From positions 100,626 to 124,625 of the forward strand of contig CAVOXI010000008.1 of assembly GCA_963700395.1 (NCBI GenBank): 24,000 bases of DNA. The letters run 5' to 3'. Under the pieces are notes generated by a model. The model saw only the letters and a list, made by a program, of their open reading frames with translations. It searched no databases and was not told the origin of the DNA. This document shows, one piece after another, positions 1 through 10,468 of the stretch (position 1 is its first letter; every line of letters begins with the position of its first letter). This DNA comes from an uncultured Actinomycetes bacterium. Lineage in GTDB: Bacteria; Actinomycetota; Actinomycetes; S36-B12; CAIYMF01. The position numbers were made by a program, and so were the translations under genes.

Positions 1-1055
1 TCCACCACGTCACCGTCGTGCATGACGTACTCCTTGCCCTCGATGCGCACCTTGCCGCGGGACTTGGCCTCGGCCATCGAACCGGCATCGACGAGGTCGT
101 CGAACGACACGACCTCGGCCTTGATGAAGCCCTTCTGGAAGTCGGTGTGGATGACCCCGGCCGCCTCCGGCGCGGTTGCGCCCTTCGGGATCGTCCACGC
201 GCGCGACTCCTTCGGGCCGGCCGTCAGGTAGGACTGGAGGCCCAGCGTGTCGAACCCGACGCGGGCGAGCTGCGTCAGCCCGCTCTCCTCCTGGCCGATC
301 GACTGCAGCAGCTCGAGGGCCTCAGCCTCGTCGAGCTCGATGAGGTCGGCCTCGGTCTTGGCGTCGAGGAAGACGGCCTCGGCCGGAGCGATCAGGGAGG
401 CGAGGTCCGAGCGCATGGCATCGTCCGAGAGCTCGTCGGCGTCGACGTTGAAGACGTAGAGGAACGGCTTGGCGGTGAGCAGGAACAGCTCACGGAGCGG
501 CTCACGGTCCAGCCCTGCCGCGAACACCGTCCGACCGCTCTCGAGGACGGCCTTCGCCTCCTCCGCCGCGGCGAGGGTCGCGACCCGGTCCTTGTTCATC
601 CGGGCCTCCTTCTGCAGCCGCGGGATCGCCTTGTCCAGCGTCTGCATGTCGGCCAGGATCAGCTCGAGGTTGATCACCTCGATGTCGTCCTTCGGTGACA
701 CCCGACCGTCGACGTGGACCACATCCGGATCGGTGAACACCCGGATCACCTGGCAGATCGCGTCGGACTCGCGGATGTGCGACAGGAACTTGTTCCCCAG
801 CCCGGCGCCCTCGCTCGCGCCCTTGACGATCCCGGCGATGTCCACGAACGTGACCGTCGCCGGCAGGGTCCGAGCTGAGCCGAAGATGCCGGCCAGAACG
901 CCCAGGCGCGGGTCGGGGACGCCGACCACGCCAGTGTTCGGCTCGATGGTCGCGAACGGGTAGTTCGCCGCCAGGACGTTGTTGCGGGTCAGCGCGTTGA
1001 ACAGGGTGGACTTGCCGACGTTGGGCAGTCCGACGATGCCGATGGTGAGAGCCAC
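1..1055 (-). CDS. ychF: Redox-regulated/ribosome-binding ATPase YchF, C-terminus runs off the left edge
   Basis: Reverse-strand translation from GTG at 1055 gives VALTIGIVGLPNVGKSTLFNALTRNNVLAANYPFATIEPNTGVV...; it has the G1 P-loop and YchF-specific motifs and runs open to position 1. It is absent from the ORF track because it leaves the window. Confidence 0.95.
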   Translation of the reverse strand, partial: MALTIGIVGLPNVGKSTLFNALTRNNVLAANYPFATIEPNTGVVGVPDPRLGVLAGIFGSARTLPATVTFVDIAGIVKGASEGAGLGNKFLSHIRESDAICQVIRVFTDPDVVHVDGRVSPKDDIEVINLELILADMQTLDKAIPRLQKEARMNKDRVATLAAAEEAKAVLESGRTVFAAGLDREPLRELFLLTAKPFLYVFNVDADELSDDAMRSDLASLIAPAEAVFLDAKTEADLIELDEAEALELLQSIGQEESGLTQLARVGFDTLGLQSYLTAGPKESRAWTIPKGATAPEAAGVIHTDFQKGFIKAEVVSFDDLVDAGSMAEAKSRGKVRIEGKEYVMHDGDVV

Positions 1056-1063
1056 AACGAACG

Positions 1064-1069
1064 ATTCTA
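1064..1069 (-). promoter_or_regulatory. Putative -10 element TAGAAT 8 nt from the ychF GTG (leaderless-type)
   Basis: Reverse strand reads TAGAAT-CGTTCGTT-GTG. Confidence 0.5.
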
Positions 1070-1165
1070 CCGGCGTCCGCCGAGCCTCCCCGACGACTTC
1101 GGGCGGGGCGCGAATGACTCCTCGGCGCTCCGCTTCGCAGTTGTCCCCAACCTGCGTCGCATGCC

Positions 1166-1193
1166 TTGTGATGTCAGGGGAGTGGGGTACCGT
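1166..1193 (+). promoter_or_regulatory. Putative promoter of the HNH gene (TTGTGA-N16-TACCGT)
   Basis: TTGTGA at 1166-1171, TACCGT at 1188-1193, followed directly by the SOS-box palindrome. Confidence 0.4.
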
Positions 1194-1205
1194 TCTGGCA
1201 TGTGA

Positions 1206-1221
1206 TCGAACACGTGTTCGA
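1206..1221. promoter_or_regulatory. LexA/SOS box TCGAACACGTGTTCGA
   Basis: Perfect 16-bp palindrome that fits the actinobacterial SOS box CGAACRNNYGTTCG; it lies 14 bp upstream of the GTG start at 1236. Confidence 0.85.
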
Positions 1222-1235
1222 GAGGGGGAGGATTC

Positions 1236-2621
1236 GTGCTCGAGTTGGTGCTGACGGTACGAGACAAATGCGGCCGGTCGATGGACCCCGCGGAGTTGGG
1301 GGTCGATGACCTGGTGGAGGCGATCCGGGCACGGCCGCCGAGTAACGGACCGAACGGGCGGACAGAGCGTGACCTGGACCTGGCCGCGTTCGGACCCGCG
1401 CTGATGTCCCTCGAGGCGGTGGAACAGGTCTCCCGACAGGTCGCCGCCCTGCGGACGGCCTGCGTGGCGGCCGTCGCCGACGAGACCCCCGGAGGATCGA
1501 CAACTGACCAGGTACTCGACGAGGTGTCCTGCTCCCTTGTCGTCTCACGCCGGTCCGCGGCCCATACCCGGGTCACCGCCGAGACCCTTCGCCACCAACC
1601 CGAGGTTTGGGCCGCTCTGTGTCGCGGGGACGTGGACCTGACCCGCGCACGCATCCTGGCCCACGCCCTGCTCGAGGTACCCCGAACAGACCCTGACGGC
1701 GTCCTTCGGGAGGACTACGAATCTGACTGCGCAACAGTGCTCGCCGACGGTCTGGCATACGCACAGGACCACACAGCCCGCCGTCTTGACCTGTTCCTTC
1801 AACGCCGCCTCCTTGCCCTGGGCTGCGCGGATCGGCCCCGGCGCCGCGCCCGGGCGCTGAGCGAGCGCGGAGTCTGGCTCAACCACCGCGGGGACGGCAC
1901 CGCCGACCTGGTCGCGAGACTGACCAGCGAGGACGCCGAACGGGTCTACTCCACCATCCGGGCCTGCGCTCTTGCCGACCGCAATGGAGATCCCGCGTAT
2001 GACGCCGCTGACCCCCGCGAACCCCTGGACCTCTGGCTCGCCTCCGCGCTCGTCGACCTGATCCTCCACCCCGGGTCCTGGCAGTGCGGAACCAACTCGA
2101 GCAGCGATTCGGGCCCTCATGAGGTCCAACGCCCTCGGCTGGACACGATCATCACGGTGACGATCCCCATCGACTCCCTGGCCGGCCTGTCAGACTCCCC
2201 CGGCGTCATCAACGGCTTCGGGGCGATTCCGGCCGAGGACGCCCGCCGTCTGGCCGCTGCGGACGCCCGGTGGCGACACGTCCTCACAAGCCGCACGACC
2301 GGCGCCGTGCTCGACGTGGGAACGCTGTCCTACCGCCCTCCGGCGGCCCTTGAGCGACACGTCCGGCTGCGTGACGGGACCTGCAGGTTCCCCGGCTGCC
2401 CGGTCCCAGCGGCCGAGTGCGACCTCGATCACCTCATCCCGTTCCCCTCGGGCGCAACGTCAGAGGAGAACCTCCATGCGCTCTGCCGACGCCACCACAA
2501 CCTGAAGCACGACGGCGGCTGGCGGGTCGAGGCCACACCGGGGAGTGGGCTGCGCTGGACAAGCCCGCAGGGCGCAACCACCACCACACACCCCGACGAC
2601 AACCACTCCCGCGTCGCTTGA
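1236..2621 (+). CDS. DUF222 / 13E12-repeat-type HNH endonuclease
   Basis: GTG start with a GGGGGAGG Shine-Dalgarno. C-terminus LRDGTCRFPGCPVPAAECDLDHLIPFPSGATSEENLHALCRRHHNLKH is the typical HNH motif of this family. Confidence 0.92.
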   Translation: MLELVLTVRDKCGRSMDPAELGVDDLVEAIRARPPSNGPNGRTERDLDLAAFGPALMSLEAVEQVSRQVAALRTACVAAVADETPGGSTTDQVLDEVSCSLVVSRRSAAHTRVTAETLRHQPEVWAALCRGDVDLTRARILAHALLEVPRTDPDGVLREDYESDCATVLADGLAYAQDHTARRLDLFLQRRLLALGCADRPRRRARALSERGVWLNHRGDGTADLVARLTSEDAERVYSTIRACALADRNGDPAYDAADPREPLDLWLASALVDLILHPGSWQCGTNSSSDSGPHEVQRPRLDTIITVTIPIDSLAGLSDSPGVINGFGAIPAEDARRLAAADARWRHVLTSRTTGAVLDVGTLSYRPPAALERHVRLRDGTCRFPGCPVPAAECDLDHLIPFPSGATSEENLHALCRRHHNLKHDGGWRVEATPGSGLRWTSPQGATTTTHPDDNHSRVA

Positions 2622-2643
2622 GGAACCGAGCCAGGAACTTCCC

Positions 2644-2669
2644 GAGGGCGCAGGGCGACTATCGCCCTC
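2644..2669 (+). terminator. Hairpin between the HNH gene and rmuC
   Basis: GAGGGCG...CGCCCTC (2644-2650/2663-2669), with an alternative stem AGGGCG-actat-CGCCCT (2652-2668). There is no U-tract. Confidence 0.35.
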
Positions 2670-2699
2670 CATGTCAGTCCCCCCCGATAGGAATGGTCC

Positions 2700-4034
2700 A
2701 TGGATAGGACGATGTTGTGGAGCGTGGCCCTCCTCTCGCTGGCTCTGGCGCTCGGGTGGCTGCTGCGCGGGCTTGTGGACCGTCCACGTCAAGCGGCGGA
2801 ACGCGCCGTCTCTGGGGAGCGGGTGGCGCGCCTGGAAGCAGAGCTCACCGCTGCCCGAACGACAGCCGAGTCCCAAGCCCGGACACCGGAGCAGGTGGCC
2901 CAGGTGATGGCACCGGTCCAGACCGCGCTGGGCCGCCTCGAGGAGGCCGTGGCCCGAGCGGAGGGTGGACGTGCCACCTCCACTGCCCAGCTGGCTGAGC
3001 AGATGAGGGCCGTGGCCCAGGCCACGAGTGTGTCCACCGATGGGCTGCGGCGCGAGACCGCCCGGCTGGTGGGGGCCCTGGGGCACAGTGAGGTGCGCGG
3101 GCGCTGGGGGGAGTTCCAGCTGCGGCGGCTGCTCGAGTCCTCTGGCCTGGTGCGAGACGTGCACTTCACCGAGCAGCAGAGCGTCTCCACCGACGCCGGC
3201 CTGCTCCGCCCCGATGTCGTGCTGCACCTCGGCGAGGACAAGACCGTCGTGGTGGACGCGAAGGTGTCGCTACGGGCCATCCTCGGCATCCAGGCTGGTG
3301 ACCCGCAGGACGAGGTCGCCGCGGCGCGGGCCCAACACGCTCGGGAGGTGCGCAACCACGTCGACCGGTTGGCGAGCAAGGAGTACGCCCGGCAGTTCGA
3401 CACCGCGCCGGAGTTCGTCGTCATGTTCCTGCCCGCGGAGTCCCTGCTGGCCGAGGCCCTGGCCTGCGACCCAACCCTGCTCGAGCATGCCTTCGGCCGC
3501 AACGTCGTCCTGGCAACTCCGACCACCTTGATGGCACTGACCCGAACCGTCGGCCATATCTGGCGCCAGGATGCCCTGGCTGCCAATGCCAAGGAGGTCC
3601 AGGCCCTGGGCCGGGAGATGGCCGAGCGCCTTGCGACCATGCTTGGACACCTCGACAAGCTGGGTTCGTCCCTGGGCGCCGGCGTCACCGCCTACAACAG
3701 GGCCATCGCGTCGCTTGAGTCCCGGGTGCTCGTGACCGGTCGGCGGTTCACCGAGCTGCAGGGCCTGCCGATCCCGCTGGAGTCACCTCGGCAGGTGGAT
3801 CAGCAGCCACGAAGCCTGGCAGCCCGGGCAGCCGACGAGGACCAGCCCACCCAGGACCAGCCGGCCCAGGTATTGGCCGAACAGGCCACATCCGTCCATC
3901 CGGACGAACTCGACCTCGCCGCCAACCTCCTGGACCGGCCGCACCCGGGCGACTCAGGGTCACTCGACCCCCTCGAGCGGCAGGCGCTGGACGCGGGTGG
4001 ATCACCGCAGGAGTCCACGACGGCCGTCGCATAG
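2700..4034 (+). CDS. rmuC: DNA recombination protein RmuC
   Basis: N-terminal TM helix, coiled coil, and GRWGEFQLRRLLE...LRPDVVLHL...VVDAKVSLRA...FVVMFLPAESLLAEAL motifs. Confidence 0.93.
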   Translation: MDRTMLWSVALLSLALALGWLLRGLVDRPRQAAERAVSGERVARLEAELTAARTTAESQARTPEQVAQVMAPVQTALGRLEEAVARAEGGRATSTAQLAEQMRAVAQATSVSTDGLRRETARLVGALGHSEVRGRWGEFQLRRLLESSGLVRDVHFTEQQSVSTDAGLLRPDVVLHLGEDKTVVVDAKVSLRAILGIQAGDPQDEVAAARAQHAREVRNHVDRLASKEYARQFDTAPEFVVMFLPAESLLAEALACDPTLLEHAFGRNVVLATPTTLMALTRTVGHIWRQDALAANAKEVQALGREMAERLATMLGHLDKLGSSLGAGVTAYNRAIASLESRVLVTGRRFTELQGLPIPLESPRQVDQQPRSLAARAADEDQPTQDQPAQVLAEQATSVHPDELDLAANLLDRPHPGDSGSLDPLERQALDAGGSPQESTTAVA

Positions 4035-4053
4035 TCCTCGACTACCAGCGGGC

Positions 4054-4059
4054 TACCAT
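4054..4059 (+). promoter_or_regulatory. Putative -10 TACCAT, 7 nt from the GTG at 4067
   Basis: TACCAT-TCGGCTC-GTG. Confidence 0.45.
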
Positions 4060-4066
4060 TCGGCTC

Positions 4067-4549
4067 GTGACCCTCCCCTCACCCGGACCCGGCAATGCCG
4101 GGTGGGGAGGTTCCGGAACTCCCACCGACGGGCCCATGCGGCCACAGGCAGTCGCACCGCCCACCGACACTGGACGAGGATTCCCTGGCGGTCGGGTGGT
4201 GGCCGTCGCCACGCTCGCGGTGATCGCCGTGGCGATCATCGAGGCCGCATTGCGCGACCGCGTCGGTCCGTGGACGGGCGCGACCCTCGTGGTGGTGGCG
4301 ATCGTCGCCCCACTGGTGACGCGCGCCGGGGATCGTTCGCTGCCCGCGATGATGCCTCCCCTGGCGTTCCTCGTGGCAGTGCTGATCGCCGGGCAACTGC
4401 TCGTGGCCAGGACGGGGGCGGGCAACTTCGACCGCGTCTCCGAGGCCGTGATGATCGCCCAGAACCTCGGACCCAACGCGGTCTGGGTGGTCGCGGCGAC
4501 GATCCTGTCGGTCACGGTTGCGACCATCCGGCACTTCACCGACCGCTGA
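4067..4549 (+). CDS. DUF6542-like multi-TM membrane protein
   Basis: About 160 aa with several hydrophobic helices (VVAVATLAVIAVAIIEAAL, GATLVVVAIVAPLV, LAFLVAVLIAGQLLV, NAVWVVAATILSVTV), located between rmuC and ispH. Confidence 0.7.
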   Translation: MTLPSPGPGNAGWGGSGTPTDGPMRPQAVAPPTDTGRGFPGGRVVAVATLAVIAVAIIEAALRDRVGPWTGATLVVVAIVAPLVTRAGDRSLPAMMPPLAFLVAVLIAGQLLVARTGAGNFDRVSEAVMIAQNLGPNAVWVVAATILSVTVATIRHFTDR

Positions 4550-4567
4550 GGTCCCCCGACCGCGCCA

Positions 4568-5533
4568 CTACTGCTTCCCGGCCGCCTTCAACTCGCGGCG
4601 AAGCTCCTGGGGCAGCGCGAAGACCATGTGCTCCTCGACGGCGTCCACGTCCTCGACGTCATCGAAGCCGAGCTCGGCGAGTCGGACGAGCACATCACGT
4701 ACCAGGATCTCCGGGACCGACGCTCCGCTGGTGACCCCCACGGTGGCGGCACCATCGAACCAGGCCGCCTCCAGTTCGGTTGCCTGATCGACGCGGTACC
4801 CCGACTTCGCGCCGTGCTGCAGCCCGACCTCGAGCAGCCGCACGGAGTTCGAGGAGTTGGCCGACCCGACCACGATGAGCACGTCGCTGCGCGGGGCCAC
4901 CTTCTTCACCGCAGTCTGGCGGTTCTGGGTGGCGTAGCAGATGTCATCGCTGGGCGGGCTGACCAGCGCGGGAAGGCGCTCGCGCAGCGCACCCACAGTC
5001 TCCATGGTCTCGTCCACCGAGAGCGTCGTCTGCGACAGCCAGACCACCTTCTCGTCCGCGGCGAGGTCGAGGTCGGCGACTGATTCCGGACCGGAGACCA
5101 GTGTCATGGCCCCGGGCGCCTCGCCCATGGTGCCCTCGACCTCCTCATGGCCCTCGTGGCCGATGAGCAGGATCCGATAGCCCTCGTCGGCGAAGCGACG
5201 AGCCTCGTTGTGCACCTTGGTGACCAGCGGGCAGGTCGCATCGATGGTGCGCAGGCCGCGCTCGGCGGCCTCCTCGTGGACTGACGGCGCCACGCCGTGA
5301 GCGCTGAAGACCACGGTCGCGCCCTCGGGGACGTCGTCGGTCTCCGTCACGAAGACGGCCCCACGCGCCGCCAGGGAGTCCACCACGTAGCGGTTGTGGA
5401 CGATCTCCTTGCGCACGTAGACCGGCGCGCCGTAGAGGTCGAGGGCCTTCTCGACGGCGACCACGGCACGGTCAACGCCGGCGCAGTAGCCGCGTGGCGC
5501 GGCGAGCAGGACCTTGCGACCCGGTTCAGACAT
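4568..5533 (-). CDS. ispH: 4-hydroxy-3-methylbut-2-enyl diphosphate reductase
   Basis: [31 protein letters not shown]...[13 protein letters not shown]...[11 protein letters not shown]...[10 protein letters not shown]. Start taken at ATG 5533 instead of the longer track ORF start at 5596. Confidence 0.96.
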   Translation of the reverse strand: MSEPGRKVLLAAPRGYCAGVDRAVVAVEKALDLYGAPVYVRKEIVHNRYVVDSLAARGAVFVTETDDVPEGATVVFSAHGVAPSVHEEAAERGLRTIDATCPLVTKVHNEARRFADEGYRILLIGHEGHEEVEGTMGEAPGAMTLVSGPESVADLDLAADEKVVWLSQTTLSVDETMETVGALRERLPALVSPPSDDICYATQNRQTAVKKVAPRSDVLIVVGSANSSNSVRLLEVGLQHGAKSGYRVDQATELEAAWFDGAATVGVTSGASVPEILVRDVLVRLAELGFDDVEDVDAVEEHMVFALPQELRRELKAAGKQ

Positions 5534-5539
5534 GCCTCC

Positions 5540-5545
5540 ATGGTA
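5540..5545 (-). promoter_or_regulatory. Putative -10 TACCAT, 6 nt from the ispH ATG
   Basis: Reverse strand reads TACCAT-GGAGGC-ATG. Confidence 0.5.
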
Positions 5546-5575
5546 GGGCGGTCCGGCGATGTCCGCCCCCTGTCG

Positions 5576-5581
5576 TACTCT
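5576..5581 (+). promoter_or_regulatory. Putative -10 TACTCT, 7 nt from the xseA ATG
   Basis: TACTCT-CGCGACC-ATG(5589). Confidence 0.5.
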
Positions 5582-5588
5582 CGCGACC

Positions 5589-6848
5589 ATGGCCACAGCC
5601 CCCCAGACGAGCCCACCGGGCGCCGCACCCGTGGACGGCTCCGCCCCCGAGCGCGCATGGCCGGTCCGCGAGATCTCGGTGAAGCTGCGCGACTACATCG
5701 CCCGGCTGAACCGCGTCTGGATCGAGGGCCAGGTCGTGGAGGTCAGTCGCCGCAGCGGCTCACAGGTGTACCTGACCATCCGCGATGTCGACGTCGACGC
5801 CTCCGTGTCGGTCGTCATCCCCGGCGGCCTCGACCGCGCCATGAACCCCCCGCTGACCGCGGGTCAACGCGTCCTCCTGCACGTCCAGTGCGAGTACTGG
5901 GTCCGCAACGGTCGCCTCATGCTGCGCGCCAGCGAGATCCGCCCGGTCGGCATCGGCGAGCTCCTGGCCACCCTGGAGCGTCGCAAGCAGCAACTGGCTG
6001 CCGAGGGCCTGTTCGCCCCCGAGCTCAAGCGCCGCCTGCCCCTGCTCCCCCGCAGGATCGGACTCATCACCGGAGCCAACGCCCAGGCGATGCACGACGT
6101 GATCACCAACGCCCGTCTCAGGTGGCCGGCCGCGCAGTTCGAGGTCCGGGAGGGCGCGGTGCAGGGCGCGTCAGCGGTGAGCACGATGATCCGCAGCCTC
6201 GCCGAGCTCGACGCCGACGAGTCCGTGGAGGTCATCGTGTTCGCCCGCGGCGGCGGCAGCCTCGAGGACCTGCTGCCGTTCAGCGACGAGTCGCTGATCC
6301 GCGCGGTGGCTGCCGTCCGGACCCCCGTCGTCAGCGCGATCGGCCACGAGCAGGACGCCCCCCTGCTCGACCTCGTCGCCGACCTGCGGGCCTCGACCCC
6401 CACGGATGCCGGCAAGCGGATCGTCCCCGAGTGGGCGGAGGAGTCCCGGCGCATCTCCGATCGGCGGGCCAGTCTCGACCGGACGATGCTGACCCGCCTG
6501 GAGCAGGCCGCCACGTGGTTGGAGCAGACGCGCAGCCGACCTGCCATGGCCGACCCCGCCGGGTTGCTGCCCCGGCTGTCGGCGGAGGTGCACACCGCCC
6601 GCCAGCGCGCATTCCGGGCCGTGGAGCAGCGGATCGGCACCCAGGAGCGTGACCTCGCCCACCTGCGCGCGCGGGCGCGGGCGCTGTCCCCGCTGGCCAC
6701 CCTCGACCGCGGCTACGCGGTGGTGGTCGGCCCGAACGGCGACTTCATCCGCGCCGCCGACCAGCTCCATCCCGGCGACGGCGTGCGGGTGCGCGTCGCC
6801 ACCGGTCACTTCCGGGCCGACGTCACCGACGTAGCATCGGCATCATGA
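5589..6848 (+). CDS. xseA: Exodeoxyribonuclease VII large subunit
   Basis: [43 protein letters not shown]...[28 protein letters not shown]...[11 protein letters not shown]. Confidence 0.96.
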   Translation: MATAPQTSPPGAAPVDGSAPERAWPVREISVKLRDYIARLNRVWIEGQVVEVSRRSGSQVYLTIRDVDVDASVSVVIPGGLDRAMNPPLTAGQRVLLHVQCEYWVRNGRLMLRASEIRPVGIGELLATLERRKQQLAAEGLFAPELKRRLPLLPRRIGLITGANAQAMHDVITNARLRWPAAQFEVREGAVQGASAVSTMIRSLAELDADESVEVIVFARGGGSLEDLLPFSDESLIRAVAAVRTPVVSAIGHEQDAPLLDLVADLRASTPTDAGKRIVPEWAEESRRISDRRASLDRTMLTRLEQAATWLEQTRSRPAMADPAGLLPRLSAEVHTARQRAFRAVEQRIGTQERDLAHLRARARALSPLATLDRGYAVVVGPNGDFIRAADQLHPGDGVRVRVATGHFRADVTDVASAS

Positions 6849-7375
6849 CTGAGCCCACCGCGCCCCTGCCGGGCGGGAACCCCGAGGACCTCGCCAACCT
6901 CAGCTACGAGCAGGCTCGCACCGCCCTCGACCAGGTCGTGGCCGCGCTCGAGTCCAGCACCGTCAACCTCGAGATGTCACTGGCGCTGTGGGAGCGCGGC
7001 ACCGCACTGGCCGACATCTGCCAGGCGCACCTCGACGGGGCCCGGGAGCGCATCGAGGCGGCGAGGCCGGGCCTGACGGCCGAGGGCCCGGCCAGCAGTA
7101 GGGCCCGGGAACGTGGGGCTGGCGCATCCATGAACCGGCGCCGAGCGACCGGCAGACCATCGGCCGTCGGCCGCAAAGCAGTCGACCGGCGCCGGCGAAG
7201 CAGTCCTCAGCGCTCGACAGCCGCCAGCTGTGCCGGCCAGGGTCTCGAGCTCCGCCCACTCGCGCCGAGCCTGTCACGATCGTGGCCGTGCCGTCCTCGA
7301 CCAGCACCAGCGACCGGCGGTCATCGGGGGTGGGGTCGCCCTCCATCCGGGTCCACTCGCGCCCCCCGATGGTGA
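6845..7375 (+). CDS. xseB: Exodeoxyribonuclease VII small subunit; the ORF is extended beyond the normal length, so the true 3' end is uncertain
   Basis: ATGA overlap with the xseA stop. LSYEQARTALDQVVAALESSTVNLEMSLALWERGTALADICQAHLDGARERIEAA is XseB, but the downstream ~110 aa looks like non-coding, arginine-rich translation antisense to the DUF4245-like gene. Confidence 0.8.
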   Translation: MTEPTAPLPGGNPEDLANLSYEQARTALDQVVAALESSTVNLEMSLALWERGTALADICQAHLDGARERIEAARPGLTAEGPASSRARERGAGASMNRRRATGRPSAVGRKAVDRRRRSSPQRSTAASCAGQGLELRPLAPSLSRSWPCRPRPAPATGGHRGWGRPPSGSTRAPRW

Positions 7376-7784
7376 CCGTCCCCTCAGCGACACCGTCGCG
7401 CGTCTCGGACTCGATCCAGTCCGTCTGCGCCGCGATCGCCTGCTTCGGGAACTGACCGCGCTGCAGGACGGCGGCGTACTCCTCGGCCGGGGTGTAGAAC
7501 CCGGCCCGCCAGCCCAGCGTGCCGTCCGCCTCCGGCTCCACGCGCGCGCTGGTCGCGGGCCACGGGAACGTCACCGGCGGCGCGAGGACCTCGTAGGACG
7601 CGGCTGTGGCGGCTGACTGGGCGACAGGCGCCCATTCGACCTCGCGGATCGCCTCCGAGCTGCGCGGGTGCGCGAAGTACATCCAGATCAGCAGCACGAT
7701 CGCCACGAGGCCCAGGGAGCGGACCATGTCCGTGCCGACCTGGCGTCCGCGCGACGGCGCCCGACCGACGGTCTGCTCTCCCAT
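6963..7784 (-). CDS. DUF4245-like membrane-anchored protein (C-terminal portion probably read in the wrong frame)
   Basis: N-terminal TM anchor SLGLVAIVLLIWMYFAHP, then VEWAPVAQSA...YEVLAPPVTFPWPATSARVEP...GWRAGFYTPAEEYAAVLQ...ATIVTGSA, in the conserved position between xseB and fumarase. Confidence 0.75.
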   Translation of the reverse strand: MGEQTVGRAPSRGRQVGTDMVRSLGLVAIVLLIWMYFAHPRSSEAIREVEWAPVAQSAATAASYEVLAPPVTFPWPATSARVEPEADGTLGWRAGFYTPAEEYAAVLQRGQFPKQAIAAQTDWIESETRDGVAEGTVTIGGREWTRMEGDPTPDDRRSLVLVEDGTATIVTGSARVGGARDPGRHSWRLSSAEDCFAGAGRLLCGRRPMVCRSLGAGSWMRQPHVPGPYCWPGPRPSGPASPPRCAPGPRRGAPGRCRPVRCRAPTAPVTSRG

Positions 7785-7856
7785 GGGGACGATGGTGGAC
7801 CATCAGGGGGCGGTCCGCACAATCTGCCCCCGCCACCCGCCCTATCCGCCTCGGAC

Positions 7857-7862
7857 TAGGCT
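7857..7862 (+). promoter_or_regulatory. Putative -10 TAGGCT, 6 nt from the fumarase ATG
   Basis: TAGGCT-CGATCC-ATG(7869). Confidence 0.5.
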
Positions 7863-7868
7863 CGATCC

Positions 7869-9529
<1,661 letters not shown>

Positions 9530-9533
<4 letters not shown>

Positions 9534-10324
9534 TACCAGTGGTGTGATCGCCAGAACGACCACGCCTGGCAGGGCGAACCGTAGCGACCCTTGATGTACT
9601 TGGCGCCGACCCGGATCTGGATCGCGGGGCTGTGCATGTACTGCGAGGTGGAGTAGCCGGCGCGGCGCCACACGGCCGAGGAGGTCTGCGGGATGCCGTG
9701 GTAGCGACCATTCGGGTTGCTCGCCCAGTACCGCCAGCCGCTCTCCCTGGTCCACAGGCTCGACAGGCAGGACATCTGCCCCGAGCCCCACCCGTAGGTG
9801 CGCGAGATGTACGCCGCGGCGAAGCGCTTGCTCGCCGCCGGGGCGCCCGCCCGGGGCAGGCCACGCGAGGAGGACTTCGCTGCGCGCGCCCGCGCCTTCG
9901 CCACCTTCTTGACCGCCTTGAGCGTCCGTGCGGTCACGACGCCGGTGGCCTTGACCCCCGCGGAGCGCTGGGCCTTCTTCACGGCCTTGCGCGTCCTCGT
10001 GTCGAAGGTCGCGGTCTGCTTGACCTTCAGGAGCTTCTGCAGCGCCTGGACGTCGGGACCCGTGTCGCCGAGGCGGATGACCCGGTCACCGAGGGCGAAC
10101 ACCGCGGGGACAGCGGCGGGGACGTCCGTCGGCGCCGGCACAGCAATCGGGGCCGGCTCAGCCGTGGCCACCGGCGGGGCAACCTCGTCGGCACGTGCTG
10201 GCGAGCCCGCCAGCGCCGGCAGTCCCACGATCAACAGGGCAGCGACAAGGACGGCCAGGAGGCGAGGCGCGGGCATCGACGACGGTCCAGCGGGGGCAGC
10301 CTGCACGGGGCGTGAAGTGCTCAT
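9530..10324 (-). CDS. Secreted cell-wall protein: signal peptide, peptidoglycan-binding domain, lysozyme/transglycosylase-like domain
   Basis: Signal [31 protein letters not shown]-binding [39 protein letters not shown]-terminal [29 protein letters not shown]...[29 protein letters not shown]. Confidence 0.85.
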
Positions 10325-10393
10325 GAACACCGGAGCGTGCCATCCGCACCCCCGTCGATTCCAACCAGGATTAATGGCGAGAACGCTCTCTGG

Positions 10394-10409
10394 CGTGACC
10401 TGCATCACG
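10394..10409. promoter_or_regulatory. CRP/GlxR-like dyad CGTGA-N6-TCACG
   Basis: CGTGACCTGCATCACG; perfect 5+5 inverted repeat with 6-nt spacer. Confidence 0.5.
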
Positions 10410-10435
10410 TTCGTGCACGGATAATCCGGTCATTC

Positions 10436-10451
10436 CATGAAATGCATCACA
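10436..10451. promoter_or_regulatory. CRP/GlxR-like site TGTGA-N6-TCATG (minus strand)
   Basis: Plus strand CATGAAATGCATCACA; one perfect half-site, the other partial. Confidence 0.35.
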
Positions 10452-10468
10452 CTGGTTGCAGCTTCAGA

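Noticed and set aside
18-963. Forward ORFs at the left edge (226, 69, 70, 164 aa)
   Set aside because: All antisense to ychF.
5297-6652. 451-aa forward ORF overlapping xseA
   Set aside because: Alternative frame over ispH/xseA; the xseA frame carries the conserved ExoVII motifs.
7806-7831. GGGGGC...GCCCCC inverted repeat in the DUF4245-fumarase spacer
   Set aside because: A 6-bp G/C-only stem with a 14-nt loop is expected by chance at this GC content.
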